NCBI GenBank assembly: GCA_945920215.1
Contig: CAMEJM010000007.1
Coordinates: forward strand, 598-64,597
Reading direction: 5' to 3'
DNA length: 64,000 nucleotides
Source: an uncultured bacterium
Lineage (GTDB): Bacteria; Bacillota; Clostridia; Oscillospirales; CAG-272
Shown: positions 55,486 through 64,000 of the stretch, piece after piece
Position numbering within the stretch: position 1 is the stretch's first letter
How the letters are laid out: the number at the start of each line of letters is the position of its first letter
The notes under the pieces: model-generated
What the model was told of the DNA's origin: nothing
The model's input: the letters and a program-made list of their open reading frames with translations, nothing else
Databases searched by the model: none
Made by a program: the position numbers and the translations under genes

Positions 55486-55521
55486 AAAACAGGCAGGCTG
55501 TACCGACAGCCTGCCTGTTTT
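55486..55521. terminator. Bidirectional rho-independent terminator
   Basis: aaaacaggcaggctgt / acagcctgcctgtttt form a 16-bp stem with an accg loop, between convergent genes. Confidence 0.85.
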
Positions 55522-55550
55522 GTATTACAAAAGGAATATTCCGGGAAAAA

Positions 55551-56708
55551 TCACAGTTTGCTGATATCTCTGCTTTCCAAAGCCCCCAGCGCCACGCGCA
55601 GGGCATACGCCGCCGCCTGCTTCTCCTCCTCGGTGCCGGTGCGCATTTGGGGAATCAGAGTTCTGCACACCTCGCCGCGCACGGTCATGTCTCTTGCCAC
55701 GGCGCTCTCGTCAAAGGACGGCAGCGTGCGGTCGACAAGTTCAAACACATACAGTCCGAAGTTTTCGTTGGTCAAGGTCTTCGGCACGGCAAACCCGATA
55801 GGCGTTCTGCCCGTCAGGATCACACGGAGCGCCGTCTCCTGCCCGTAGCCGCGTTCCCGGATCACTGCGGTGATACGGTTGAGCAGTTCGTTCTGGCTCT
55901 TCACGCCCGTGACGTCAAATTCCTCCATGGCGTACCGGCGACAGCCGAAATCCACGCGCGCCGTCTCTACGCGCGCGCCCTGCCCGACCGCAAACGGATA
56001 AAGGGTGATCAGGTTCGCCCCGCCGAAGCCGGGCTCCTCATAGCAGGAATTTTCCAAGGCGCCGCTGTATGCGTATGTCGCGGAAGCCGCACGGTGAAAA
56101 CCGTCGAAAAGGTTGCCGCCGGAAAGCGCGGTGAACTCCCCGCCGAACTCCCCTATCTGACTGATACTGACAGGCGCGTCCCCCTCCTCGCCTCCGTCGG
56201 TTGCATAACCCGCCACCAGTGTCACGCCTTGCTCATACGGCTCCGCACTGTTGTTCTCCAAGGGGGAACCGGGATAGTTTCTGTCGCAGAACGCCCAGCC
56301 GACCACCGCCGTACAAATGTCCTCGAACACCACGCGTTTGGGCGCTACGCTGTCCATGACGGTGACGTTGGAGGGCAGGCGCCCCATCTGATAAATGCTG
56401 GCGTCGCCGAGGCAGTCATGGGGACCGGGGCAAATCACAAACCGGCACGCCGGAGCCGAAGAAAAAGCCCCCCGCAGAAGCTCCAGCGTCTCCAGCGTGG
56501 CGTAGCTGTTGTCGATCAGGTTACCGGTAATCAGCACCACGTCGATCTCCTGCTCCGCCGCATATCTGACGGCGCGCAGAAATGTGTTGCGCGTTTCCGC
56601 GCGGCGCGCGGCGCTTTGAGACGCGCTCATGGCGGAAAAGGGACAATCCAGAAAGACGTCCCCGAAATGCAATACCTTAACGGGCGTGCGCGCTTGCTGT
56701 TCGGACAT
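55551..56708 (-). CDS. Calcineurin-like metallophosphoesterase-fold protein (YhaO/SbcD-like) with substituted metal motifs
   Basis: VLHFGDVFLD / VVLITGNLID / ICPGPHD sit where DxH / GDxxD / GNHD are expected. 385 aa from ATG 56708. Confidence 0.7.
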   Translation of the reverse strand: MSEQQARTPVKVLHFGDVFLDCPFSAMSASQSAARRAETRNTFLRAVRYAAEQEIDVVLITGNLIDNSYATLETLELLRGAFSSAPACRFVICPGPHDCLGDASIYQMGRLPSNVTVMDSVAPKRVVFEDICTAVVGWAFCDRNYPGSPLENNSAEPYEQGVTLVAGYATDGGEEGDAPVSISQIGEFGGEFTALSGGNLFDGFHRAASATYAYSGALENSCYEEPGFGGANLITLYPFAVGQGARVETARVDFGCRRYAMEEFDVTGVKSQNELLNRITAVIRERGYGQETALRVILTGRTPIGFAVPKTLTNENFGLYVFELVDRTLPSFDESAVARDMTVRGEVCRTLIPQMRTGTEEEKQAAAYALRVALGALESRDISKL

Positions 56709-56917
56709 ACAACGCTCCTCCGTGATTTTTTCGTGCGTTTTTATCATTTTTCACCATTTTAGCACAGATCCCCCCTCAGCGCAAGAGCGCAAAGGGCGTT
56801 TTTCTGTCGAAAAAGAGCAAAAATGCGGAAAATAACTCTTGTATCAGGGCAGAAACTATGCTACAATGTTAAAAACAAATTCGTTCCGCGCTCCCGCGCG
56901 CGTTTGGGAGGTACGCC

Positions 56918-58402
56918 ATGCTGAATCTGGCTGTCCGCAATACCAAAAAACTGATCCGGCAGAAATCCGCCGAGGAGAAGATCCGTATCGGCCGCTTCTT
57001 CACCAAGCGGGACACCGCCCGCCTGATGGCGGACTCCCTTGTCTGCGTGCAGAAGAGCGCCGTTTACGTACTGGACGCGGGCGCGGGCACCGGCATCCTT
57101 GCCGCCGCCGCGGTGGAAACCGTTTGCCGCGCGGGGGGCGTGGGCGAGATCTTCCTGACCTGCTACGAGAACAACCCCGCCTATCTCCCCATGCTGGAAA
57201 ACAACCTGGAGCGGGTGCGCAAAAAAGCCCGCCACGACTACCACGTCAAGGTCCGCGTCACCGTGCGCGAGGAGAACTTTCTGCTCGCCGACCACCCGGA
57301 GGACGAACGGTACGACTATATTCTCATCAATCCTCCGCACGAGCTTGCGGCGGAGGGCTCGGAGGAGGAGAAACTCCGCCCGGAGATTTTCCCCGCCGCA
57401 AACGTCAGCCTCGACTGCCTGTTTGTCGCCGTCGCGGCGGAGCTGCTTGCGCCGGACGGACAGATGTCGGTGGTTCTGCCCGTGAGCGCGGCGACCTCGG
57501 TGTCTCTCTCCCGTTTCCGCTCTCGCCTGTTTGAGGAAACGCATCTCGAAAGCGTTTGGCTCTTCCGCCGCGAAAAGACGGCTGAGCCGCTCCATAAAAA
57601 CATGGTTCTGAAGCTCCGCGAGGGAAAAACCCCCGGGGAAAAGGTGGCGTTCTATGTGGCAAGCGACGACGGCACCCCCGAAAACACGCGGGCGCTCGAA
57701 AGCCGCCCTTACGGGGAAGTGGTGAACCCCGCCGACGCCTCGCTTTTGCTTCTGACGGACGACGATGAGAATCTGATTCTCGAATATATGAAGAGTCTGC
57801 CGTGCACTTTCGAGACCTTCCACCTGAAGATTCACACCGGTCTGACGCTCGAATCCCGCTACCCGGAGCTGCTGCGCGACAAGCCCGTGGAGGGCGCCGT
57901 GCCGCTGATTCACCCGCGCTGCCTGCATGACGGCACCGTGACCTTCCCGCTGCCGGGCGTAAAAAACCAGTATATCGTTCCCGCGATTCCCTCGCTCAAG
58001 CAGCCCAACAAGAACCTGCTGCTCATCAAGCGTGCTCCGGCAAAATCCGCCAAACGGAAACTGGTATGCGCCGCCTATCTTGCGGGCACCATGATGTATA
58101 AGCATATCAGCACACACAACAAGCTCAACTATATCGACGCCCCCGGCAACGAACAAATGGACCCGCCGTTTTTGTTCGGACTGCTCGGTTTTCTGTCCTC
58201 CGAGGCAGTGGATCGCTATATCCGCATCGTCTCGAAATCCGCACAGGTCAACGCAACGGAACTTGCTTCGATTCCTCTGCCGACAGCGGAACAACTGCGC
58301 GCCATCGGCGCCAAACTGATGGCGGTGCGCGTCTACAAGCCGGACTATTGCGACCGCGTGGTCAAGAGCGAGCTGTTCCACCACGCAGCAAACCGGGGAT
58401 AA
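56918..58402 (+). CDS. Orphan gamma-class N6-adenine DNA methyltransferase-like protein (Eco57I/TaqI-type with C-terminal TRD)
   Basis: VLDAGAGTGIL (SAM motif I) and ILINPPH (motif IV, NPPY variant). The C-terminal ..ATELASIPLP is TaqI-C-like. Confidence 0.65.
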   Translation: MLNLAVRNTKKLIRQKSAEEKIRIGRFFTKRDTARLMADSLVCVQKSAVYVLDAGAGTGILAAAAVETVCRAGGVGEIFLTCYENNPAYLPMLENNLERVRKKARHDYHVKVRVTVREENFLLADHPEDERYDYILINPPHELAAEGSEEEKLRPEIFPAANVSLDCLFVAVAAELLAPDGQMSVVLPVSAATSVSLSRFRSRLFEETHLESVWLFRREKTAEPLHKNMVLKLREGKTPGEKVAFYVASDDGTPENTRALESRPYGEVVNPADASLLLLTDDDENLILEYMKSLPCTFETFHLKIHTGLTLESRYPELLRDKPVEGAVPLIHPRCLHDGTVTFPLPGVKNQYIVPAIPSLKQPNKNLLLIKRAPAKSAKRKLVCAAYLAGTMMYKHISTHNKLNYIDAPGNEQMDPPFLFGLLGFLSSEAVDRYIRIVSKSAQVNATELASIPLPTAEQLRAIGAKLMAVRVYKPDYCDRVVKSELFHHAANRG

Positions 58403-58513
58403 ATCCGCCTTGTCGGGCGCGCCCCGGAAACGCGCGGGAAATAAATACGGGAAACCTCTTGCAATTTCAATCTCAGTATGTTACAATGACAGTGTTCAAT
58501 ATCTATCGGAAGG

Positions 58514-58855
58514 ATGGGTTTTCCCACAAATACTATGACCGCATTTGAAATTACAATGATGATTCTTCTGCTCGCCATGGGTGTTTTCCTGATTGTCGCC
58601 ATGCTGTTGCAGAAAAGTAAAAAAGGGCTGTCCGGTACCATCGCCGGCGGCACGGATACCTATTACGGCAAAGACCCCGGCGCGCGCGCGGATATCATTC
58701 TGAACATTCTCACCGCGGTAGTCGGTGTGGCGTTCGTGGCGATCGTGCTGTTCGTGTATGTCATTCAACCCAATTACGGTGAAATCCCCGTCGGAAACGA
58801 ATGGCAAAGCACCTCGGATTTTTTCAAAAACTTCGCGCAGTCACAGGGAAAGTAA
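58514..58855 (+). CDS. secG: Preprotein translocase subunit SecG
   Basis: TM - QKSKKGLSGTIAGG - TM layout, and position directly upstream of rnr. The alternative start at ATG 58535 is equally possible. Confidence 0.7.
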   Translation: MGFPTNTMTAFEITMMILLLAMGVFLIVAMLLQKSKKGLSGTIAGGTDTYYGKDPGARADIILNILTAVVGVAFVAIVLFVYVIQPNYGEIPVGNEWQSTSDFFKNFAQSQGK

Positions 58856-58860
58856 GAGAA

Positions 58861-58889
58861 AGCGGGAAAAAATCCCGCTTTTCTTTTTA
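58861..58889 (+). terminator. Hairpin + U tract between secG and rnr
   Basis: agcggga / tcccgct stem followed by TTTCTTTTTAT. Confidence 0.75.
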
Positions 58890-58903
58890 TCCGAAGGAGA
58901 GTT

Positions 58904-61189
58904 ATGAAACAGAACAAAAAACAGCAGCATAAAAAAGGGCGCGGTGCCGGGAACGGCAAGCGCTTTCTGCCGCGCACCTCAAAATCGCGCGAAAATCCCC
59001 GCGCCCGCGGCGCCCTGCGCCCTACCGCCCCCGTGCGTGAGGCAGAGGGCGTTTTTGCGGGTACCAAAAACGGCTACGGCTTTGTCGAGCTTGACGGGCA
59101 GACGGGAGGAGACATTTTCATTCCCGCAGCCAAAACCCTCGGCGCGATCGACGGGGACCGCGTGGCGATACGCTACCGCGCCTATACGCGCGACGGCGTC
59201 ACGCACACGGAGGGCGAGGTCACCCGTATCGTCGAGGTCGGCCGCACCACCGTGATCGGCACCCTGTGCGAAGACGTCTTCCTCGGCAGGGGGCATCGCC
59301 GTATGCCGCGCTATACCGTCGTGCCCGATGATACACACCTGAACATGGAGGTCTTTGTAAAGGACCCCGAGGGGGCAAAGCCGGGCGATAAGGTAGAGGT
59401 GCTGCTTTCCGCCCGCCGCCCCGGCGCCGTGGAGCTGACGGGCACAATCCTCTGCAATTTCGGTCCCGCCGCCTCGCGGGAGGCCAATTACGCCGCCATT
59501 CTGGCAGACTGCGGAATCACCGTGGACTTCACGCAGGAGGAGCTGGAGGAAGCCGAGCAAGCCGCAAAAGAGCCGCTCTCGGCGGAGGGACGAACCGACC
59601 TGCGCGACAGAATCATCTTCACCATCGACGGCGCAGACGCAAAGGACCTCGACGACGCAATTTCCCTGACCCGCCTGAAGAACGGCGCCTACGAGCTGGG
59701 CGTTCACATCGCCGACGTTTCCAACTATGTCGCCCCGAAAACCCGTTTGGACGCCGCAAGCCTTGCGCGCGGCACCAGCGTTTACTTCACGGATAAGGTG
59801 GTCCCCATGCTCCCGCCCGCGCTCTCCAACGGCGCCTGCTCCCTCAACGCACATGAGGATAAATACGCGCTGTCAGCCATCATGGAAATCGCCCCGGACG
59901 GCACCCTCGGCAAGACCCGCATCGAGCGCACTCTGATCCGCAGCTGCGTCCGCGGAGTATACAGCGAGGTCAACGACCTGTTTGAAAAAGGAAAAGGATC
60001 GCCGTTCTACGAAAAATACAAGGCGGCATACCCCACATTGACCGAAATGCGCGGTCTCTATCTGATTCTTGCCGCAAAGGCGCGCAAGCGCGGGGCGCTT
60101 GAACTGGAGCAGACCGAAGCGAAAATCCTGCTTGACGAAGACGGAATGCCCTCGGACATTGTGCCGCGTGTGCGCGGCGACGCCGAAAAGATGATCGAGC
60201 AGTTCATGCTCGCCGCCAACGAAAGCGTGGCGACCCTGCTGAACAGCCGGGAGCTGCCCTGCGTGTACCGCGTCCATGAAGCGCCGAACAAGGAAAAACT
60301 TGCGGAATTCGCCATCTACGTGCACAACCTCGGCTTTGACGCATCGTTCATCACCCGGTCGGACCCCACCGGATGCGACTTCTCTCACCTGCTGGAGGAA
60401 GCCGGAGAGCGCGGGCTGGGCGGCGCCCTTTCCTATACCCTGCTGCGCACCATGGCGAAAGCCCATTACAGCGAGATCTGCCACCCGCATTTCGGGCTCG
60501 GCATTGAAAAATACTGCCATTTCACCTCTCCTATCCGCCGCCTGTCGGATCTGGCAACCCACCGCATGATCAAAGCGGTACTGCTGGACGGGGAGCCGAA
60601 AGCACGCTATGCGGGCTACGCCCGCCGCGCCGCCGCCGCGGCGAGCGAAACAGAACTGAAAGCCCTGAGCGCGGAGCGCCGCATTGACGCGCTTTACAAA
60701 GCGCTTTACCTTTCCAAACGCCTCGGCGAGGTATATCCCGCCACCGTCAGTTCCGTGACCCGCTTCGGCGTGTTTGCCGCGCTGGACAACACCTGCGAGG
60801 GGCTGATTCCCATGACGGAGCTGCCCGGCGGCATTTGGATATTTGATGAGGGGAACCTGTCCCTGCGCTCCCCGCGCGGGCAGATCCTGACCCTCGGCAA
60901 CCGCATTGAAATCTGTGTGGAGGAAGTGGATATTGCCCGCGGTAAGGTGCGCTTCTCACTGGTGAGCGCAGACAGCGAGGAGCCGGAAAATCCCCCTGCC
61001 GCCCGCCTCACGACAGCCGAAAAAGCCGACGGCGCCCGCAAGCCGCGCCCCGCCGTGCAGAAGCAGACAAGTCACGCACAGCACACCGCCGCCGAAAAAA
61101 AGCATCCCGGCGGCAAAAAGCAGACCAACAACAGAAAGCATACCGCCTCCGGCAAAAAAGCCGCGGGAAAAGGCAAGCGCAGAAAATAA
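58904..61189 (+). CDS. rnr: Ribonuclease R
   Basis: RNB domain TIDGADAKDLDDAISL, HFGLG..YCHFTSPIRR, an S1 domain near the C-terminus, and basic tails at both ends. Confidence 0.95.
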   Translation: MKQNKKQQHKKGRGAGNGKRFLPRTSKSRENPRARGALRPTAPVREAEGVFAGTKNGYGFVELDGQTGGDIFIPAAKTLGAIDGDRVAIRYRAYTRDGVTHTEGEVTRIVEVGRTTVIGTLCEDVFLGRGHRRMPRYTVVPDDTHLNMEVFVKDPEGAKPGDKVEVLLSARRPGAVELTGTILCNFGPAASREANYAAILADCGITVDFTQEELEEAEQAAKEPLSAEGRTDLRDRIIFTIDGADAKDLDDAISLTRLKNGAYELGVHIADVSNYVAPKTRLDAASLARGTSVYFTDKVVPMLPPALSNGACSLNAHEDKYALSAIMEIAPDGTLGKTRIERTLIRSCVRGVYSEVNDLFEKGKGSPFYEKYKAAYPTLTEMRGLYLILAAKARKRGALELEQTEAKILLDEDGMPSDIVPRVRGDAEKMIEQFMLAANESVATLLNSRELPCVYRVHEAPNKEKLAEFAIYVHNLGFDASFITRSDPTGCDFSHLLEEAGERGLGGALSYTLLRTMAKAHYSEICHPHFGLGIEKYCHFTSPIRRLSDLATHRMIKAVLLDGEPKARYAGYARRAAAAASETELKALSAERRIDALYKALYLSKRLGEVYPATVSSVTRFGVFAALDNTCEGLIPMTELPGGIWIFDEGNLSLRSPRGQILTLGNRIEICVEEVDIARGKVRFSLVSADSEEPENPPAARLTTAEKADGARKPRPAVQKQTSHAQHTAAEKKHPGGKKQTNNRKHTASGKKAAGKGKRRK

Positions 61190-61217
61190 TTCCGCCTTCA
61201 GCCGTTGCTCCGATACC

Positions 61218-61250
61218 GCCGCCGTCGCTTCCGTGACGGCGGCTTTTCTT
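61218..61250 (+). terminator. Rho-independent terminator after rnr
   Basis: gccgccgtc / gacggcggc stem followed by TTTTCTT. Confidence 0.8.
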
Positions 61251-61366
61251 GCCGGGGAGTTTCCCTCTTCCGCGCTCGGGAAGCGCGGGCTTGCAATGTG
61301 CGCGCAAATGTGCTACAATGCTTTTGTACGGTTTTCCGACCGAATTTTCATGGGAGGACACATCGC

Positions 61367-62230
61367 ATGAGAAACAGCTACACCGCGCTTTTCATCCTTT
61401 GTCTGACATACGTTGCCGTCTTTTCCCTCTCCTCATTCAGCAGTTTTTGGTGGCTGAGCTGTCTTATCGAAATCGCGGCGTTCGCCGCTGCGGCAATTCT
61501 GTCAAAGCGTCTTTTGATCTGTCAGGCGTCCCCGCGGGATTATGACATCGGCTTCTCGGTACGTTCCCTGCCGCTGTCCCTGCCTTTTCTGCCTTTCTTT
61601 ATCGGCGGGGTGATTCTGCTCTCAAACGCCTCCTCCGCTTTGGCAAACGCCGTGGGATACGTATGGGACTACCCGTACGAGGAGAATATCTGGATATGCC
61701 TCTTTGCCTCGGCGCTTCTCCCCGCGGTTCTGGAGGAGTTGTTTTGCCGCTATATTTTTCTGCCGCGTCTGACCGTGTACTCCCGCGGAGGCGCCATTTT
61801 GGCGTCCGCCATCTTCTTCTCCCTGTTACACGGCAACTTCATTCAGATCCCGTATGCCTTTTTCGCAGGTCTGTTTTTGGGCTCGCTTGCCGTTTTCTGC
61901 GGCTCCGTAGTCCCTTGTATTCTGTTCCATTTCTGTAATAACGCCGTTTCGGTTCTTCTGCACTTCTACGGGGATACCGTCCTGCCGCGCGTGCTGCTGT
62001 GGGTATTGGTCGGCTCTCTGATCGTCGGCGCCGCCGCCATGATTCTTCTGCGGAGGCAGATCCGGCAGCGCGTGCGCTGTATCTGCGCGGAGAACGATGA
62101 TGAAAGCAAAGAAATCAAAGGCAGCGCAACCAAACGGGAAAGTATCGGCAAAGTCACGGCGGGGCTGTTTACCTCCCCCTTGGTGCTGCTCCTGATCCTG
62201 TTTGTGGCGGAAGCCGTTTTATCGGTTTGA
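61367..62230 (+). CDS. CPBP-family intramembrane glutamic endopeptidase
   Basis: EELFCRY (EExxxR), FFSLLHGN and FHFCNN motifs in a polytopic protein. Confidence 0.8.
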   Translation: MRNSYTALFILCLTYVAVFSLSSFSSFWWLSCLIEIAAFAAAAILSKRLLICQASPRDYDIGFSVRSLPLSLPFLPFFIGGVILLSNASSALANAVGYVWDYPYEENIWICLFASALLPAVLEELFCRYIFLPRLTVYSRGGAILASAIFFSLLHGNFIQIPYAFFAGLFLGSLAVFCGSVVPCILFHFCNNAVSVLLHFYGDTVLPRVLLWVLVGSLIVGAAAMILLRRQIRQRVRCICAENDDESKEIKGSATKRESIGKVTAGLFTSPLVLLLILFVAEAVLSV

Positions 62231-62240
62231 CGAGGTATAT

Positions 62241-62714
62241 ATGGAACTGTCGGACGAAATCTGTATGAAAGAGGCGCTGACCCTTGCGGGGGAGGCGGCG
62301 GCACGCGACGAAGTGCCCGTCGGGGCTGTCATTGTCCGCCGCGGTGAAATCATTGCGCGCGCCTCCAACACGCGGGAGGGCTCGAAATGCGCCACGCACC
62401 ACGCTGAAATCCTTGCGATTGAGGAAGCCTGCCGCACCTTAGGCGGCTGGCGCCTGCCGGAATGCACCCTGTATGTGACGTTGGAGCCCTGCCCCATGTG
62501 CGCGGGCGCAATCGTCAACGCGCGGATTGACCGCGTGGTATTCGGCGCCGCAGACCCCAAGGGGGGCGCTTTCGGTTCGGTGCTCAACCTCAACGACCTG
62601 CCCCTCAACCACAAGCCCGCTCTGACCCATGGCGTGTGCGAAGAGGAATGCCGCGACATACTGGCAAGCTATTTCCGCCGGAAACGCGAGAAAAAAAGGA
62701 GGGGTCACACATGA
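62241..62714 (+). CDS. tadA: tRNA adenosine(34) deaminase
   Basis: HAEILAI ... TLEPCPMCAGA zinc motifs. Confidence 0.92.
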   Translation: MELSDEICMKEALTLAGEAAARDEVPVGAVIVRRGEIIARASNTREGSKCATHHAEILAIEEACRTLGGWRLPECTLYVTLEPCPMCAGAIVNARIDRVVFGAADPKGGAFGSVLNLNDLPLNHKPALTHGVCEEECRDILASYFRRKREKKRRGHT

Positions 62715-63241
62715 AAGAACAGAATGAACAGCGCCCCGCCCTGCTGGAGTGCGGCAGGATCGTCGCCGCGCACGGCGTGCGCGGTGCGGTCAAGGTGGAG
62801 CCGTGGTGTGACGGCGCCGCCGTGCTGGCAGGCTTCTCCCGCGTTTACCTGATGGAAAAAGACGGCTATGCCGCGCACGAGGTGTGCGGTGCCTTTGTGC
62901 ACGGCGGCAGAGCGGTTCTGACCCTCTCCGGCGTGGAAAACATGGACGCGGCGCTTGCCCTGAAAGGAAAAACCCTGTATGTCGCGCGGGAGGAGATTCC
63001 CGTCCCCGCCGGCGCCATGCTGCAAGCCGATATGATAGGCTTGCCCGTCAAGGACGCCGACACCGGCGTCACCTACGGTACCCTCATCCGTATCGACCCC
63101 TCGCCCGCGGCGGAGCTGTACGTGGTGAGTACCCCGCGCGGCGAAGTGCTTTTACCGGCGGTGCCCGCATTTATCAAGGAGGTAAATCCGACGGACGGGA
63201 TTATGGTAACCCCGATTCCGGGTTTTTTCAATGATATTTGA
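62711..63241 (+). CDS. rimM: 16S rRNA processing protein RimM
   Basis: GRIVAAHGVRGAVKV start and a PRC-barrel C-half. Position before trmD. Confidence 0.88.
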   Translation: MKEQNEQRPALLECGRIVAAHGVRGAVKVEPWCDGAAVLAGFSRVYLMEKDGYAAHEVCGAFVHGGRAVLTLSGVENMDAALALKGKTLYVAREEIPVPAGAMLQADMIGLPVKDADTGVTYGTLIRIDPSPAAELYVVSTPRGEVLLPAVPAFIKEVNPTDGIMVTPIPGFFNDI

Positions 63242-64000
63242 TATTCTGACTTTATTTCCCGATATGGTGGCGGGCGTGCTCGGAGAATCCGTCATCGGCC
63301 GTGCGCAGCGCGCCGGTTGCCTGACCGTCCGCTGTCATCAGATCCGCGACTATACCCTCGACCGACACCGCAATGTCGACGACACCCCGGCGGGCGGCGG
63401 AAAGGGCATGGTCATGGCGGCGCAGCCGATTTATGACTGCTTCCGCGCCGTCACACAGGACGCGCCCGCAGGAGAGCGCCGCCGCGTCATTTATCTCTCG
63501 CCGAAAGGCAGGGCGTTCACCCAAACCGTGGCGCGGGAGCTGGCGGGTTACGACCGTCTTGTTCTGCTTTGCGGGCACTACGAGGGCGTCGACCAACGGG
63601 TACTGGACGAGATAATCGACGAAGAAATTTCCATCGGCGATTACGTGCTGACGGGCGGCGAAATGCCCGCCTGCATTGTGGTGGACGCCGTTGCGCGACT
63701 TCTGCCCGGCGTTCTGGCGGAACCTGCGTGCTATGAGGAAGAATCCATTGCCTCCGGGCTTCTGGAATATCCCCAGTATACCAAGCCCGCGGTTTGGCAT
63801 GACAAAGAGATCCCCGCCGTGCTGCTGTCCGGCGACCACGGCAAGGTGGAAGCATGGCGGCTGGAACAGGCGCTTGCCCTGACCGCCGCCCGCCGCCCCG
63901 ACCTGTACGAAGCATGGATCGCCGCGCACCCGCCGAAAGTCAAAAAGCCCCGTCGCAAAAAGCACGCGCCCGCGCAGGCAGAGCGGGAGAACGGCGCCGC
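63231..64000 (+). CDS. trmD: tRNA (guanine37-N1)-methyltransferase, 3' end outside the window
   Basis: My translation reads MIFDILTLFPDM...DDTPAGGGKGMVM...LLCGHYEGVDQRV...SIGDYVLTGGE. Not in the ORF track because there is no stop before the window end. Confidence 0.92.
   Translation, partial: MIFDILTLFPDMVAGVLGESVIGRAQRAGCLTVRCHQIRDYTLDRHRNVDDTPAGGGKGMVMAAQPIYDCFRAVTQDAPAGERRRVIYLSPKGRAFTQTVARELAGYDRLVLLCGHYEGVDQRVLDEIIDEEISIGDYVLTGGEMPACIVVDAVARLLPGVLAEPACYEEESIASGLLEYPQYTKPAVWHDKEIPAVLLSGDHGKVEAWRLEQALALTAARRPDLYEAWIAAHPPKVKKPRRKKHAPAQAERENGA

Overview
This is 64 kb of a high-GC, densely coding chromosome. The protein flavour suggests Bacillota, class Clostridia, but that is an inference. 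All calls come from reading the ORF track and sequence by eye; no alignments or searches were run.

Most of the window is housekeeping:
- prfB, a DUF1858-trmK-nif3 operon, tyrS, vat, ruvX, rlmA-like, queA, dapA, trmB and two tandem radC paralogs
- a large lipoprotein, pyk, trxA plus an FTR-like gene, an ABC-F ATPase and a long-form guaA
- an FAD protein-luxS-mtnN cluster and a complete F1Fo operon (atpZ-I-B-E-F-H-A-G-D-C)
- a transglutaminase-like protein, an XPD/DinG-type helicase and two tRNA-Val
- an EamA transporter, an orphan DNA methyltransferase, secG-rnr, a CPBP protease and tadA-rimM-trmD

Three things stand out:
1. **Minus-strand operon at 1-9720.** It combines two ESCRT-III-like proteins (one Snf7/CHMP4-like, one Vps2/CHMP2-like with a MIM-like C-terminus) and a MIT-like + double-AAA+ (Vps4/katanin-type) ATPase. 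It also carries a COG4260 SPFH/Zn-ribbon protein, a Zn-ribbon trypsin-like protease and a 1418-aa Zn-ribbon-TIR-TPR-LRR-3TM-Hint protein. This is the best candidate for a novel system.
2. **Low-GC island at about 15.8-19.7 kb.** It holds a dead IS30 transposase, a repeat-bracketed DUF4417/DUF6883/DUF4926 cassette and an ImmR/ImmA pair.
3. **Unusual nucleic-acid structures.** These are two inverted copies of a 226/249-bp modular multi-hairpin element with compensatory stem changes (19452-19677 and 49380-49628), and a perfect 3 x 134-bp tandem repeat that carries an inverted copy of the queA 3' end.

No rRNA or CRISPR array is present.
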